Shown piece by piece: positions 1 to 10,694 of a stretch of DNA of 64,000 nt. Source of the stretch: Anaerolineae bacterium (GTDB lineage Bacteria; Chloroflexota; Anaerolineae; UBA1429); contig OY776562.1 in assembly GCA_963675785.1 (NCBI GenBank), positions 1,632,001-1,696,000 of the forward strand, written 5' to 3'. The stretch's first letter is position 1. Every line of letters starts with the position of its first letter. Made by a program: the position numbers and the translations under genes. The notes below the pieces were generated by a model, which made no database searches, was not told the DNA's origin, and worked only from the letters and a program-made list of their open reading frames with translations.

Positions 1-608
1 AATAAGAGCTGTGGTTCAGACTCGTCAGGGTTCCACGTCCAGATGGCTCCGGCGAAATCAGACACATACAAATGCGAACCATCAGCAGACCAAGCCAGCG
101 CTGATGCTCCCTCAGGTAGATCGATGGAGCTGTAAACGCTGGCGCCATCCCAAAGAATGACCAGGCCATCAGCGCCGCAAGAAGCGAACTTGTCCTCATA
201 AATGCTGCCCGCTGGTGCATAGGCAGCATCCCATACAATAGCATCGTGCTCGCGCAAAGTGCGGATCAACACAGCACTCTGGGCATTTTCCACGGTAAGC
301 GGCGTTCTTGGAAGCGGCCAAAACTGCACACGCCCTGTTAAGAGCAGAACAATGAACGCGACAGCAATGAGACAGAGGAATACAGAACGATAGACGCGTA
401 GACTCTGGCGGCGATGCTCGATAAGTGAGGCCTCCACAGCCTGGAATGCCTCAGCCAAGCCAGGCGTATTGGGATTGCGACGTTGTATACGCCGCAGCAG
501 GCTCTTAGCCTTGCGCGGACTTCCCCCAATCAGCGGGCGCACAGAACTGAGAGTTGGATTACGGCGATCTTTGGCGCTGGGGTGCACGATACGACCTTGA
601 TTAGACAC
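1..608 (-). CDS. Membrane-anchored WD40-repeat protein (3'-partial, runs off the left edge; not in ORF track)
   Basis: Manual translation from GTG at 608 (GGAGG RBS ~618-622): TM segment VFLCLIAVAFIVLLL, then WD40-like LREHDAIVWDAAYAP...FASCGADGLVILWD and ALAWSADGSHLYVSDFAGAIWTW. Confidence 0.8.
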   Translation of the reverse strand, partial: MSNQGRIVHPSAKDRRNPTLSSVRPLIGGSPRKAKSLLRRIQRRNPNTPGLAEAFQAVEASLIEHRRQSLRVYRSVFLCLIAVAFIVLLLTGRVQFWPLPRTPLTVENAQSAVLIRTLREHDAIVWDAAYAPAGSIYEDKFASCGADGLVILWDGASVYSSIDLPEGASALAWSADGSHLYVSDFAGAIWTWNPDESEPQLL

Positions 609-802
609 AGAAAAACACCTCCACACGTAGGTGCCTGCCAGCGCAATTGTAAGAGCAGGGATTGTGATTCGCAAATGATAGCCTGTTCTACGTTGTTTTG
701 CCTCGGCCCCTCGACGTTAATGCCCGGAATGCTTATAATGACGACGGGAAAAATTGTTCACGTCATGCTCAATCTACGCAACGAAGCGAGGTGCAACGCT
801 TT

Positions 803-1600
803 ATGTCCGAGCCCGTGTATATCGATCTTTGGCCCACAGGATCAGCCAACGCAGTTGAGACGCAGGACGTTCTACCTCACATTGAGGTTTATCTACCGCA
901 AGGCAAAAGCGATACACCGCGCTCGGCTGTGGTAGTATGCCCCGGTGGCGGCTATGCAAAACGTGCCCCACACGAAGGCGCACCTTTTGCTGAACTCTTT
1001 GCCGCCCAGGGAATCGTGGGCATTGTATGTCATTACCGGGTTTGGCCGCATACCTACCCGGCTCCCCAAGCCGATGCAGCCCGGGCAATGCGCCTGGTAC
1101 GCAGCAAGGCGGCCGATTTCAATATTGACCCTGAAAAGATCGCCATTATGGGATTCTCCGCCGGGGGGCATTTGGCCTCCAGCATCGCGGTGCAACCCAA
1201 CCTGTATCATGATCCCGACGATGACTTGATTGACAAATTTAGCGCCCGCCCAAACCGCGCTATCCTCTGCTATCCGGTGCTTTCCATGGTGAAAGAGTAT
1301 CATCATGGCTCTGCCGAAAACCTGCTCGGTGTCAATGCCAGTGAAGTGCAGCGCCGGCAGATGAGCTCTGAACTGCAGGTTAATGCCGATACGCCGCCAA
1401 CATTCCTCTTTCACACGGCAGATGATGCTTCTGTTCCCGTAAGCAACAGCCTACGTTTTGCCAGTGCCTGCATAGAGCATGGCATCTCTATTGAATTGCA
1501 TGTCTATCCGCATGGCCGCCACGGCGTGGGGTTGGCTTATGATGAGCCGACACTCAAAGGCTGGTCTTTGCTATTGCTGGATTGGCTGGCTCGCTGGTAG
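803..1600 (+). CDS. Alpha/beta hydrolase (acetyl-xylan esterase/BD-FAE-like)
   Basis: PGGGY oxyanion motif, GFSAGG nucleophile elbow, HTADD and HGRHG catalytic Asp/His; start moved to ATG 803 behind GAGGTG RBS. Confidence 0.9.
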   Translation: MSEPVYIDLWPTGSANAVETQDVLPHIEVYLPQGKSDTPRSAVVVCPGGGYAKRAPHEGAPFAELFAAQGIVGIVCHYRVWPHTYPAPQADAARAMRLVRSKAADFNIDPEKIAIMGFSAGGHLASSIAVQPNLYHDPDDDLIDKFSARPNRAILCYPVLSMVKEYHHGSAENLLGVNASEVQRRQMSSELQVNADTPPTFLFHTADDASVPVSNSLRFASACIEHGISIELHVYPHGRHGVGLAYDEPTLKGWSLLLLDWLARW

Positions 1601-1675
1601 TGTGAATAGCAGATAGCTTTTTTGTGTTAGCAAGAATGGACTCTGTCTTTCGACAAAGGCAATGAGGAGGACGAC

Positions 1676-2314
1676 GTGACAGATTTGTACCTAACACTAG
1701 TCGTAGCTATCTCGGGATTCATCTGCATCAATGCTATGGAACGGGATAACAGGCGCATCGTCTATATCGCCAAACCTTTGACGACCCTGTTGATCATTAT
1801 CCTGGCAGTGCTGAACGCTAACCGTGGGGGAAACTGGGGTGGAACCTCCATCGCCATACTCGTCGGTTTGGTGTTTTCGGTGGGGGGCGACATCTTTTTG
1901 ATGTTGCCAAATGACCAATTCATGCCAGGGATGGCTTGCTTTGCTGCGGCACAGATATCGTATATCGTCGGATTCTCTTGGGGGCAAGCATTTTGGGGAT
2001 TGCCGCTGCTGCTGGTAGCTCTACTCGTCTATGGCGTTTATATCTATTCCATGCTGGCAGAAAAGCTCGATAGCCTGCGTATACCGATTATCATTTACAT
2101 CACGCTCATCCTTGTCATGGCATGGCGGGCGATTCTCTATGCGAGCAATACGGATATGGCCGGCGCCTGGACTGCCGGACTCGGCGCGTTGTTCTTTGTA
2201 GCATCAGATTCTCTCTTGGCGCTAAATCGCTTTAACAAACCTATTCATCATCACCCGACATGGGTGCTAACAACGTATTATGTGGCACAGTGGCTAATCG
2301 CTATTTCTTTGTGA
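1676..2314 (+). CDS. YhhN/TMEM86 family membrane protein (lysoplasmalogenase-like)
   Basis: KPL, GDIFLM, FVASDSLLA and TYYVAQWLI family motifs; hydrophobic; GAGGAGG RBS. Confidence 0.88.
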   Translation: MTDLYLTLVVAISGFICINAMERDNRRIVYIAKPLTTLLIIILAVLNANRGGNWGGTSIAILVGLVFSVGGDIFLMLPNDQFMPGMACFAAAQISYIVGFSWGQAFWGLPLLLVALLVYGVYIYSMLAEKLDSLRIPIIIYITLILVMAWRAILYASNTDMAGAWTAGLGALFFVASDSLLALNRFNKPIHHHPTWVLTTYYVAQWLIAISL

Positions 2315-2320
2315 GGTGTT

Positions 2321-2977
2321 ATGGAACTCTTGCTAATTCGGCACGGAGACCCAGATTACGATATGGACGCGCTTACCCCGCGAGGCCATGAAGAAGCGCG
2401 GTTACTTGGCGAGTATCTAGCCGGGCGGCGCATCGATCGCATCTACATGTCGCCGCGAGGACGGGCGCTGCTCACCGCAGGCTATACCCTACGCGAACGC
2501 AACGACGTGGCCTGCGTGCTGCCTTGGCTGGCAGAACTACACGGCAAATATGCCGAAGGTAAATACGCCTGGAACATGTCGGCCCCAGAGGTTCTGGCCG
2601 CAAAGCCCTCTTACACCCGGGATGATTGGGACAAACGCATTGAATATGGCCCCGTCATCGAGCCGCAGGCCCATATTTTGTGGAGCGCACTGGATGCCTT
2701 TTTAGCTGAGCATGGCTATGCCCGGCGCGAAAACCGCTACCGCGTGGCCCAGCACAGCGACGAAGTCTATGCCTTTTTCTGCCACGCGGGCGTCATCCAC
2801 ACTATACTTGCTCATCTTTTGCAGATATCTCTGCCGGTGGCCTACAGCCAGTTCCGCATCAGCCCTTCAGCCATCACTACACTGGAAACGCAAGAGGAGG
2901 GCAGTTGGGCGGGGTTCCGTCTAACAAGTTTCAACGATCTATGCCATCTTCACTGTGCATCTCAGGAGGCAACATGA
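2321..2977 (+). CDS. Histidine phosphatase family protein
   Basis: LIRHG N-terminal motif, SPRGRA, LAE, CHAG, FNDLCHL. Confidence 0.9.
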   Translation: MELLLIRHGDPDYDMDALTPRGHEEARLLGEYLAGRRIDRIYMSPRGRALLTAGYTLRERNDVACVLPWLAELHGKYAEGKYAWNMSAPEVLAAKPSYTRDDWDKRIEYGPVIEPQAHILWSALDAFLAEHGYARRENRYRVAQHSDEVYAFFCHAGVIHTILAHLLQISLPVAYSQFRISPSAITTLETQEEGSWAGFRLTSFNDLCHLHCASQEAT

Positions 2978-4233
2978 TCATCCAAATGACGCGCGATCAG
3001 GCCTCAACCGCGTCTAGCATTCAAGCGACAATCGACAGTCTAGGACCACAAGGCGGCACTGTGGTACTGCCAGAAGGCGAATTCCTCCTCGATCGCGGGC
3101 TGGAGCTGCATCCCGATGTATGCCTTGAGGGCAAGGGACAAAACACCCTGCTGCGCAAAGCCCCCGGACGTGTCTATCCACTGGCAGGGTACCACAACTA
3201 TGGCATGATGGATGTACCTCTAGTACATACCAAAGGTCTTGAGCCCGGCATGACAGTAGCTATCCGCGATGATGTGCGCAGAGGATGCAACGAGACCCTG
3301 GCACGCATCACCTGGGTAGACGATGGCTGGGTGGGACTGGATAGAGGTATTGAATCTGACTATTACGAGCAGGCAAATGCGGCGCTGGTAACAGCCTATC
3401 CACTGGTATTCGGCCGGGGCTCCCACGGAGCAGCCCTGCGTAACCTCTGCCTGGACGGCGCCAAAGAGACCCAGGAAGCAGGTATCGGTACCTGCCGCGG
3501 AGCAGCCATCTACTTTTACCAGGCAGATGGCGTTGTGATGGAGAACGTGCTGGAACGCAGCTTTATGGGCGACGGTACTGTGCTGCTCATGTGCAGCCAT
3601 ATAACGTTGCGCCAATGCGCATTCAACGAAAACACAGGCAATGGTTTCCATCCCGGTGCAGGCAGCACTAACGCCCTATTTGAAGACTGTGCCGCCTCGG
3701 ATAATGGTGGCAGCGGCTTTTTCTTTTGCGTGCGCGCCAATCACATCACCGTTCAGCACTGCGACTTTGAGCGAAACGGCAAAGAGGGCGTATCCATTGG
3801 CAAACGCGATTGCAACAACCTCATCAAAGATTGCCGTATCTTAAATAACGGCGGGCCGGGCGTTGGTTTTCGCGGTGAGCCTCGCCCAGTGGAAGAGCAT
3901 TCGGTACGCGTCGAACGATGCGACATCGGGAATAATTGCCAGACCGAAGGCATGGGACAAGTGGTGCTGGGGCAAACCACGCATGATGTAACCCTTATCA
4001 ACAATTGCATCAGTGGCGCAACGGCGGGCGTTTATGCTAATGAGGGTGCAGAGCGCATCTACCTACAAAACAATGCCTTTGTGGGGGTTACATCAGAACG
4101 CCGTGGTTCAGCCGCGGCATGGACGGAACAAGAGCCAGCTTTTGCCTACGGCCATGATGCCGCTACGGATCGGGAACTGCGTCACCTCGCTGCATACCTC
4201 AGGAGGCAATATGAAAATCAAACTGACGCCTGA
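2974..4233 (+). CDS. Right-handed parallel beta-helix (pectin lyase-like) protein, copy 1
   Basis: IQATIDSL..GGTVVLPEGEF pectate_lyase_3-like start, repeated N-x-G-x-G beta-helix turns; ATGA overlap with upstream gene, AGGAGG RBS. Confidence 0.85.
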   Translation: MIIQMTRDQASTASSIQATIDSLGPQGGTVVLPEGEFLLDRGLELHPDVCLEGKGQNTLLRKAPGRVYPLAGYHNYGMMDVPLVHTKGLEPGMTVAIRDDVRRGCNETLARITWVDDGWVGLDRGIESDYYEQANAALVTAYPLVFGRGSHGAALRNLCLDGAKETQEAGIGTCRGAAIYFYQADGVVMENVLERSFMGDGTVLLMCSHITLRQCAFNENTGNGFHPGAGSTNALFEDCAASDNGGSGFFFCVRANHITVQHCDFERNGKEGVSIGKRDCNNLIKDCRILNNGGPGVGFRGEPRPVEEHSVRVERCDIGNNCQTEGMGQVVLGQTTHDVTLINNCISGATAGVYANEGAERIYLQNNAFVGVTSERRGSAAAWTEQEPAFAYGHDAATDRELRHLAAYLRRQYENQTDA

Positions 4234-5446
4234 TCAGGCCTCGACAGCGACCGGTATTCAGAAAGCCATCGACAGTCTAGACTCCCAAGGCGGAACTGTG
4301 GTACTGCCAGAAGGCGAATTCACCCTCGACCGCGGGCTAGAGCTGCATTCCGACGTATGCCTTGAGGGCCAGGGGAAAAACACGTTGCTTCGCAAAGCCC
4401 CCGGGCGCGTCTATCCTCTGGCAGGGTACCACAACTATGGCATGATGGATGTGCCCCTCGAATCTACAGAAGGTTTGCAACCTGGTATGACGGTAGCAAT
4501 TCGTGATGATGCGCATGGTGGCTTTAACGAAACTATGGCACGCATCACCTGGGTAGATAATGGCTGGGTGGGACTAGATAGAGGCATTGAATCTGACTAT
4601 TACGAACAGGCTAACGCCGTGTTGGTAACGGCCTATCCACTGGTATTTGGCCTGGGTGCTCATGGAGCCACCCTGCGAAACTTGTGCCTGGACGGCGCAA
4701 AAGAGACGCAAGAAGCCGGAATCGGCGCTTGCCGGGGCTCGGCCATCTATTTTTACCAAACCGATGGCATTACTGTGGAAAACGTAATTGAGCATGGTTT
4801 TATGGGCGAGGGCATTGGTTTTCAGATGTGTGCCCATACTGCCATTCGCCGTTGTACGTTTAACGAAAATACCGGCAATGGCCTCCACCCCGGTGCTGGC
4901 AGCACCATCGCCCTCCTGGAAGAGTGTACAGCCCTGGATAACGGCAGCAGCGGCTTTTTCTTTTGCGTGAGAGCCAATCATATTACCGTACAGCACTGCC
5001 GCTTTGGGCGCAACGGCAAAGAGGGTATCTCCATTGGCAAACGCGATTGCTATAATCTCATCCAGGATTGCTATATCTATGAGAATGCTGGCCCAGGCAT
5101 CGGCTTTCGAGGAGATCCTCAACCTGTGGAAGAACATTCCATACGCATTGAGCAATGCGACATACGCGACAACTGTGCAAGCGAAGGCAAAGGGCAGATC
5201 GAGCTGGGGCCGGCCACGCATGATGTGGTCATTACCAATTGCCACATCCGCGGCAAAACACCGGGCATCTATGCCAACGAGGGCGCAGAGCGCATCTACC
5301 TACAAGGCAACGCCTTTGAGGTGGGCTCAATAGAACGCGATGGCTCAACCACTGCATGGGCGGAACAGGAGCCGGCCTTTGCATGTGGCCGCGATACTGC
5401 TGTTGCTCAGAATCTGCGCCATTTGAGCGGCTATCTGCGCTCCTAA
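4211..5446 (+). CDS. Right-handed parallel beta-helix protein, copy 2 (tandem paralog)
   Basis: Colinear with copy 1, long identical blocks (RKAPGRVYPLAGYHNYGMMDVPL; FFFCVRANHITVQHC); AGGAGG RBS before ATG 4211. Confidence 0.85.
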   Translation: MKIKLTPDQASTATGIQKAIDSLDSQGGTVVLPEGEFTLDRGLELHSDVCLEGQGKNTLLRKAPGRVYPLAGYHNYGMMDVPLESTEGLQPGMTVAIRDDAHGGFNETMARITWVDNGWVGLDRGIESDYYEQANAVLVTAYPLVFGLGAHGATLRNLCLDGAKETQEAGIGACRGSAIYFYQTDGITVENVIEHGFMGEGIGFQMCAHTAIRRCTFNENTGNGLHPGAGSTIALLEECTALDNGSSGFFFCVRANHITVQHCRFGRNGKEGISIGKRDCYNLIQDCYIYENAGPGIGFRGDPQPVEEHSIRIEQCDIRDNCASEGKGQIELGPATHDVVITNCHIRGKTPGIYANEGAERIYLQGNAFEVGSIERDGSTTAWAEQEPAFACGRDTAVAQNLRHLSGYLRS

Positions 5447-5452
5447 CATCAG

Positions 5453-5496
5453 AAAAGGAAAAAGCCCCTGTCGATGACAGGGGCTTTTTCCTTTTT
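5453..5496. terminator. Bidirectional rho-independent terminator
   Basis: AAAAGGAAAAAGCCCCTGTC-gat-GACAGGGGCTTTTTCCTTTT. Confidence 0.85.
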
Positions 5497-5669
5497 AGAG
5501 CCTGCATCCAACGTAAAGTTTCTGTAAATTATGAAAATAAGTGATTTTACTGCTGTATAATGCACAAAGTGTCGATAAGCTGAATATCCAGTATCTACTC
5601 AGCATTGGTGTGAATCAGCCACTTACACATCAGTCGGCAGTTCTGATATGCACTAAACGGGAGAATGAT

Positions 5670-8381
5670 ATGGCTTCGGCCAAGCGCGACAGCGATTCAG
5701 ACACTATCACGAAACTTGGGAAACTTTTCTTACGCTTGCTCGATTCACCCCAGATTTGGCGTGAACGCATGTTCACAGCCGTTTTTGGTATCGCCCTAGC
5801 CCTGGAGACGATTCCCCTCATCAGCAGCCTTGTATCCGCCTTTTGGGGCAATACACAACGGTGGCCCGAAGCCGTATTTTATAGCGCCCTCTACGCGGCG
5901 CTTATCTTTATCCTTTTGTGGCGCAAGGGGCCACTAGAATCTCGTGGGCGAATAGGTATTGTCTGCATTTATTCTTTAGGCTTGCTATCACTCGTCCTCT
6001 CCGGGCCCAATGGCAACGGACGGCCATACCTGTTTGCGGCAGCACTTGTTGCCTCGCTGTTGTTAGGCACAAGAACCGCATTATGGATGTTGTTTTTGGA
6101 TATACTAACACTATCTGGCATTGGCTTTTTGATAGTAAAAGAGTTCCCTTTATGGCCTGTTGTCGATGCGACTACCTGGATAGCAGAGACCCTCGCCCTT
6201 TTGATGTTAGCCACGACGATTATCATGTCTGTTTCGATCCTGGTATCCATCCTGGAGAAAAGTCTCGCCAAGGCCGAGAGCAGCGCCAAAAATTTGCAGA
6301 AGATCGTTCACGAACAAGAGCAGATTGAAAAGGATCTCAGTCATCGTCTCGAGCTAGACGCCATCGTTATTGACCTTTCTTACCAGCTTGGCAACACCAG
6401 CGTCGAAAACTTGGATCAGACTCTGGAGAGCATTCTGGAAAACATCGGGCATGCGCTGGACGCCGAGCGTGCACAACTCTTTTCACTCAGTATGCACCAA
6501 AAAAGCCTTTCCATCACACACGAGTGGTGTTCACCTGACTTTTTTCCACACTACGAATTCCTACAAAGCATTCCCTTTGAATGGCTACCCTGGTTGAACA
6601 CGCAGCTTTTAGAAGAGAATCATATTGTGTTGATGGAGCCTGGCGAGTTTGCAGAAGATGCCGCGTCGATCTCTGGCCTTTTGCTTTCAGAGGGAATCCA
6701 CTCGTCGGCCAGCATATGCCTGAGTTACCAGAGTCAGTGTATGGGATTGCTGGTATTGGACGCCGCACGTTATCCTCAAGATTGGGATAACCACGACCTC
6801 TCGATGATACAGACTGTGGCCAGCCTTATAGCAGCCCGACAGAACCAAATGATTTCGGAACGTGCCCAAAGCCAGAGCGAGTATAGGTATCGTCGACTGG
6901 TTGAGAGCACGCCCCTGGCCATTTTTATACTGGATAGAAAAGGGCGCATTGTGGATATGAACGCAAGCGCCTATTTACTAGACCAACCATCTGGCCTGGA
7001 TGCCACGCAGGGTCTGCTCGCCTACAAGCCCTTTGCTGAAGCAGGCTTTGGTGAAAAATTTGCTCTATGCATCGATAGCTTCAAGAGCGAAACAGGTGAA
7101 CTGGACTATTTGAACGAAAGCGGCAATCGCACCTGGGTTCGATATCACCTAGCCCCCATAGCCGAACTACCCGAGAACGAAGAACAGATTCTGTTGATTG
7201 TTGAAGATATCAGCGAGACAAAGCACCTCCAAGACGAATTGAGCCAGGCAGCCAAAATGGAGGCCCTTGGCCGTCTCGCTGGCGGTGTGGCGCACGACTT
7301 TAACAATCTCCTCACGGTCATAAATGGCTATAGTGAGATGCTCAAGTTCGATGCCGTGGATGAGCGCACCCGCCTCGATGCGGAAACCATCTGGGAAGCG
7401 GGACAGCGGGCCGTCGGACTCACCAAACAGTTACTCATGTTCAGCCGCAGGCAACCACTGGAACTGGTGCCGCTGCATGTCAATCAGGTTCTCGAAGAGA
7501 TTGCCAAAATGCTTCGCCGTCTGGTGAATGAAGATATTGAACTGGAAATAGACCTCTCCAACGAGGTTGGCCTCATTGAGGCCGACCGAGGCCAAATTGA
7601 GCAAGTCATTATGAATTTGGTTGTCAATGCGCGTGATGCCATGCCTACAGGGGGGCATATTCGCATCACAACTTTTATGCAGGATCTCAACGAACGTGTC
7701 AATGCCATACCACAAGCAGACAATGGACCTCACGTATGTATCCGGGTGTCAGATAACGGTTCGGGTATCGAACCAGAAGTGATGGAACGCCTTTTTGAGC
7801 CGTTCTATACCACCAAAGATAAGGAGCATGGCACAGGTTTGGGGCTGGCGACGGTGTATGGCATTACCTCCGCAGCTGGTGGGCATATAGCGGTTAGCAG
7901 CAAAATTGGTCAGGGAACAACGTTCGACGTTTTCTTTCCTGAAAAGCAAACCCATGCAACAGGACAGAGCGCGCCAGATGATAAAATAAACCGCGGCATC
8001 GTCGTAGGAGGACATGAGCACATTCTGGTCATTGAAGATGACTTTTCCGTAAAACGTTTGGTCCTTCGCGTGCTCAACGAGCTGGGATATCAGACACTGT
8101 CTGCAGCCAGCGGTAGCGAAGGTCTAGCTCTGTTGCGGCAGGCCGGACAGCCTGTGGATATGATCATCAGTGATGTGGTTATGCCCGGCATCAATGGCGC
8201 CAGATTGTTGAACAGAATACGCGAGATACATCCAGAACTCCCCGTATTGCTCATCTCGGGATACCCCGATGGCGTTATCGATGAACATGGGGAGCTGAGC
8301 ACACGCGAACGTCTGCTTCGCAAACCCGTCACCCGCGAAAAACTGGGGCAAGTTGTTCGAGAGATGCTGGATAGCATCTGA
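5670..8381 (+). CDS. Membrane hybrid sensor histidine kinase 1 (TM-GAF-PAS-HisKA-HATPase-REC)
   Basis: [17 protein letters not shown]-box, [11 protein letters not shown]-box, GTGLGL, C-terminal receiver SDVVMPG; THEWC GAF motif; start likely ATG 5670. Confidence 0.93.
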   Translation: MASAKRDSDSDTITKLGKLFLRLLDSPQIWRERMFTAVFGIALALETIPLISSLVSAFWGNTQRWPEAVFYSALYAALIFILLWRKGPLESRGRIGIVCIYSLGLLSLVLSGPNGNGRPYLFAAALVASLLLGTRTALWMLFLDILTLSGIGFLIVKEFPLWPVVDATTWIAETLALLMLATTIIMSVSILVSILEKSLAKAESSAKNLQKIVHEQEQIEKDLSHRLELDAIVIDLSYQLGNTSVENLDQTLESILENIGHALDAERAQLFSLSMHQKSLSITHEWCSPDFFPHYEFLQSIPFEWLPWLNTQLLEENHIVLMEPGEFAEDAASISGLLLSEGIHSSASICLSYQSQCMGLLVLDAARYPQDWDNHDLSMIQTVASLIAARQNQMISERAQSQSEYRYRRLVESTPLAIFILDRKGRIVDMNASAYLLDQPSGLDATQGLLAYKPFAEAGFGEKFALCIDSFKSETGELDYLNESGNRTWVRYHLAPIAELPENEEQILLIVEDISETKHLQDELSQAAKMEALGRLAGGVAHDFNNLLTVINGYSEMLKFDAVDERTRLDAETIWEAGQRAVGLTKQLLMFSRRQPLELVPLHVNQVLEEIAKMLRRLVNEDIELEIDLSNEVGLIEADRGQIEQVIMNLVVNARDAMPTGGHIRITTFMQDLNERVNAIPQADNGPHVCIRVSDNGSGIEPEVMERLFEPFYTTKDKEHGTGLGLATVYGITSAAGGHIAVSSKIGQGTTFDVFFPEKQTHATGQSAPDDKINRGIVVGGHEHILVIEDDFSVKRLVLRVLNELGYQTLSAASGSEGLALLRQAGQPVDMIISDVVMPGINGARLLNRIREIHPELPVLLISGYPDGVIDEHGELSTRERLLRKPVTREKLGQVVREMLDSI

Positions 8382-8601
8382 CCCATAGCCACATCGTATT
8401 TGCCCTTCTCCCTCCTACACCTTTTGGAAAAAAATCAACGCACCATCCCGGCCAGCAAGTTAACAACTTGTTGGCCGTTGTTTACGTCCATCCCTACCAA
8501 CAGCACCAAAAGAAAAAGGCGAAATATGAGTAAACGGATGAGGGCCTCATGCAATCAGAGTGAACAGCCTCCTGCATTTTCTACAGGTGCAGTATGAAAC
8601 G

Positions 8602-8647
8602 TTGACAGGCTGTCTCGCAGGTCATAGACTCGTGAATGGTCACTCAC
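8602..8647 (+). promoter_or_regulatory. Sigma70-type promoter with adjacent imperfect palindrome (putative repressor operator)
   Basis: TTGACA(8602-07)-17 bp-TAGACT(8625-30); GTGAATGGTCACTCAC (8632-47). Confidence 0.55.
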
Positions 8648-8701
8648 AATCGACGTTCAAGCCTATAGCGCATTTACATGCACTGAGAGAGCATCCAGAT
8701 C

Positions 8702-9433
8702 ATGTACAAAATCCAGGCAACTGATCTCTTTAAGCAGTTTGGCAGTGAGCTGGTACTCAAGGGAATCGACCTTTTCATAGAACCGGGCGAGGTTTTGGGT
8801 ATTCTCGGTCCTTCGGGATCGGGCAAGACCACACTAGTCAAATGCGTAATCGGCATCCTCGAACTAACCCAGGGAAGCATTTTAATCAATGAGACCAGAG
8901 TGCCCAATCTAGAATTGATGGACAGCATTGGCTATATGGCTCAACAAGACGCCCTCTATGAGGATCTCACAGGCCTGCAAAACCTCGTATTTTGGGGCCG
9001 ACTCAAGGGAATGAGCAAAAGGGATGCCAACACGCAGGCTCATGCAATGATGGACATGGTTGATCTGGGACGCGACGAGAACAAAAAAGTGGTTCATTAT
9101 TCGGGCGGCATGAAACGACGCCTATCTCTGACAGCAGCTCTCATTGGCGATCCCGATGTCATCGTTCTGGACGAGCCGACAGTGGGGATCGATCCGATAC
9201 TGCGAGAATTGTTCTGGAGCGAGTTCCGCCGCTTGAAGATGCTGGGGAAGGCTATCATCGTTACTACGCATGTTATGGATGAAGCAGACAAGTGTGACCG
9301 GCTGATACTTTTACGCGATGGGAAAATCATTCAAGGCGGAACTCCAGAAGAATTGAAAGGAATGACGCCAGAAGGCACTATTGAGGCGACTTTTATAAAA
9401 TCGGCCAAGGAAAAAGTGGGCGCAGGAGCATGA
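8702..9433 (+). CDS. ABC-2 type exporter ATP-binding protein
   Basis: GPSGSGKT Walker A, YSGGM signature, LDEPT Walker B, TTH. Confidence 0.93.
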   Translation: MYKIQATDLFKQFGSELVLKGIDLFIEPGEVLGILGPSGSGKTTLVKCVIGILELTQGSILINETRVPNLELMDSIGYMAQQDALYEDLTGLQNLVFWGRLKGMSKRDANTQAHAMMDMVDLGRDENKKVVHYSGGMKRRLSLTAALIGDPDVIVLDEPTVGIDPILRELFWSEFRRLKMLGKAIIVTTHVMDEADKCDRLILLRDGKIIQGGTPEELKGMTPEGTIEATFIKSAKEKVGAGA

Positions 9434-10488
9434 AAAGCCTCATCATCGCTGAAAGACTGATTCGCCAGATCACCGGTGACAAACGAACGCTGGGCATGAT
9501 GCTTGTTGCTCCAGTGCTCATCATGACTCTTTTGTACTTTTTGTTGGTCTCAGGGCTATCGACAGTATACATAGACATCGTGCAATCAGACTCTGTTGAT
9601 GTAGAAACGCTCGAGGAGCTGGCAACGGTGCATATCGTTTCGTCTGAAGGCGAGGCTATTGCCCGACTGGAGCAAGGAGACAGTGACGGATATATCAGTG
9701 GCGATAGCTATGTGGTAGAGGGGACAGATCCCAGCATCAGTGCGTTGGTGCGTCAAGTATTTGCGTCCTACTCGTTGCAACAAAAGCTACTGGCATTCCC
9801 CGCTCAAGCAGCGAGTATGGTCGGGAATTTGAGTCAACCATCAATTGAAATGTATTATGGCAATGCCGATTACGAACAGTTTGATTTTCTGGCACCAAGC
9901 ATGATGGGGTTCATCATATTCTTTCTGGTCTTTTTGTTGGCAGGGATTGCCTTTTTACGAGAACGCATCAGTGGTACGCTGGAACGACTCATGGCTACAT
10001 CGCTACACCGACGACATCTCGTCGGCGGATATTTCCTGGGCTTTGGCGTTTTTGCAGTGCTCCAAACCGTCGTCATACAGGTTTTCCTCATCTATGTGTT
10101 GAAAATTCACACCGAAACAAGCTTTTTCCTGGTGCTGCTCATCAACCTCACAATCGCCAGTACTTCACTAGCCCTCGGAACATTACTCTCCGCTTTTGCC
10201 CGAAACGAGTTTCAATTGTTTCAATTCATCCCCGTCGTCATCATTCCTCAGTCGCTTTTCTGCGGATTATTCAATCTGCGAGATACCCCTCTGGCATTGC
10301 AGTACCTCGCCAAGCTATTCCCCCTGACTTATGGTGCAGATGCGTTACGAGAAGTGATGCTCAAGCAAGCAGGCCTGGGGACCATTTATCCTGATCTGCT
10401 GATCATGCTCGGATTCACTGCTCTTTTCTTTGTGCTCAATATCCGAGCACTTGAAAGTACAGAAAGATCTGAGGGCCATGTAAGGTAG
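9430..10488 (+). CDS. ABC-2 type exporter permease
   Basis: RERISGTLERL motif, 1+5 TM layout, PLTY; overlaps the ATPase gene. Confidence 0.9.
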   Translation: MKSLIIAERLIRQITGDKRTLGMMLVAPVLIMTLLYFLLVSGLSTVYIDIVQSDSVDVETLEELATVHIVSSEGEAIARLEQGDSDGYISGDSYVVEGTDPSISALVRQVFASYSLQQKLLAFPAQAASMVGNLSQPSIEMYYGNADYEQFDFLAPSMMGFIIFFLVFLLAGIAFLRERISGTLERLMATSLHRRHLVGGYFLGFGVFAVLQTVVIQVFLIYVLKIHTETSFFLVLLINLTIASTSLALGTLLSAFARNEFQLFQFIPVVIIPQSLFCGLFNLRDTPLALQYLAKLFPLTYGADALREVMLKQAGLGTIYPDLLIMLGFTALFFVLNIRALESTERSEGHVR

Positions 10489-10694
10489 CGATGACAAACT
10501 GAGGTGAGAGATCAGACGCAGGGCACCTGCTGTATAAAAACCCTTCACTTTCAAAAAATGGCTAGCTTGTTCGAAGGATGCTAGTTAATAGCTAGACCAC
10601 CCATCGGCCCTACCAACGTAGATTCTGCCTTGTTTCTCTCCTGGCCTTGAGATAGAATAGAATGAAATTACCTCAACGTTGAGGGGGCCATTCT

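Noticed and set aside
338-935. ORF-track entries 338-529 (-) and 483-935 (+)
   Set aside because: They overlap the better-supported WD40 gene and the hydrolase start, and lack motifs.
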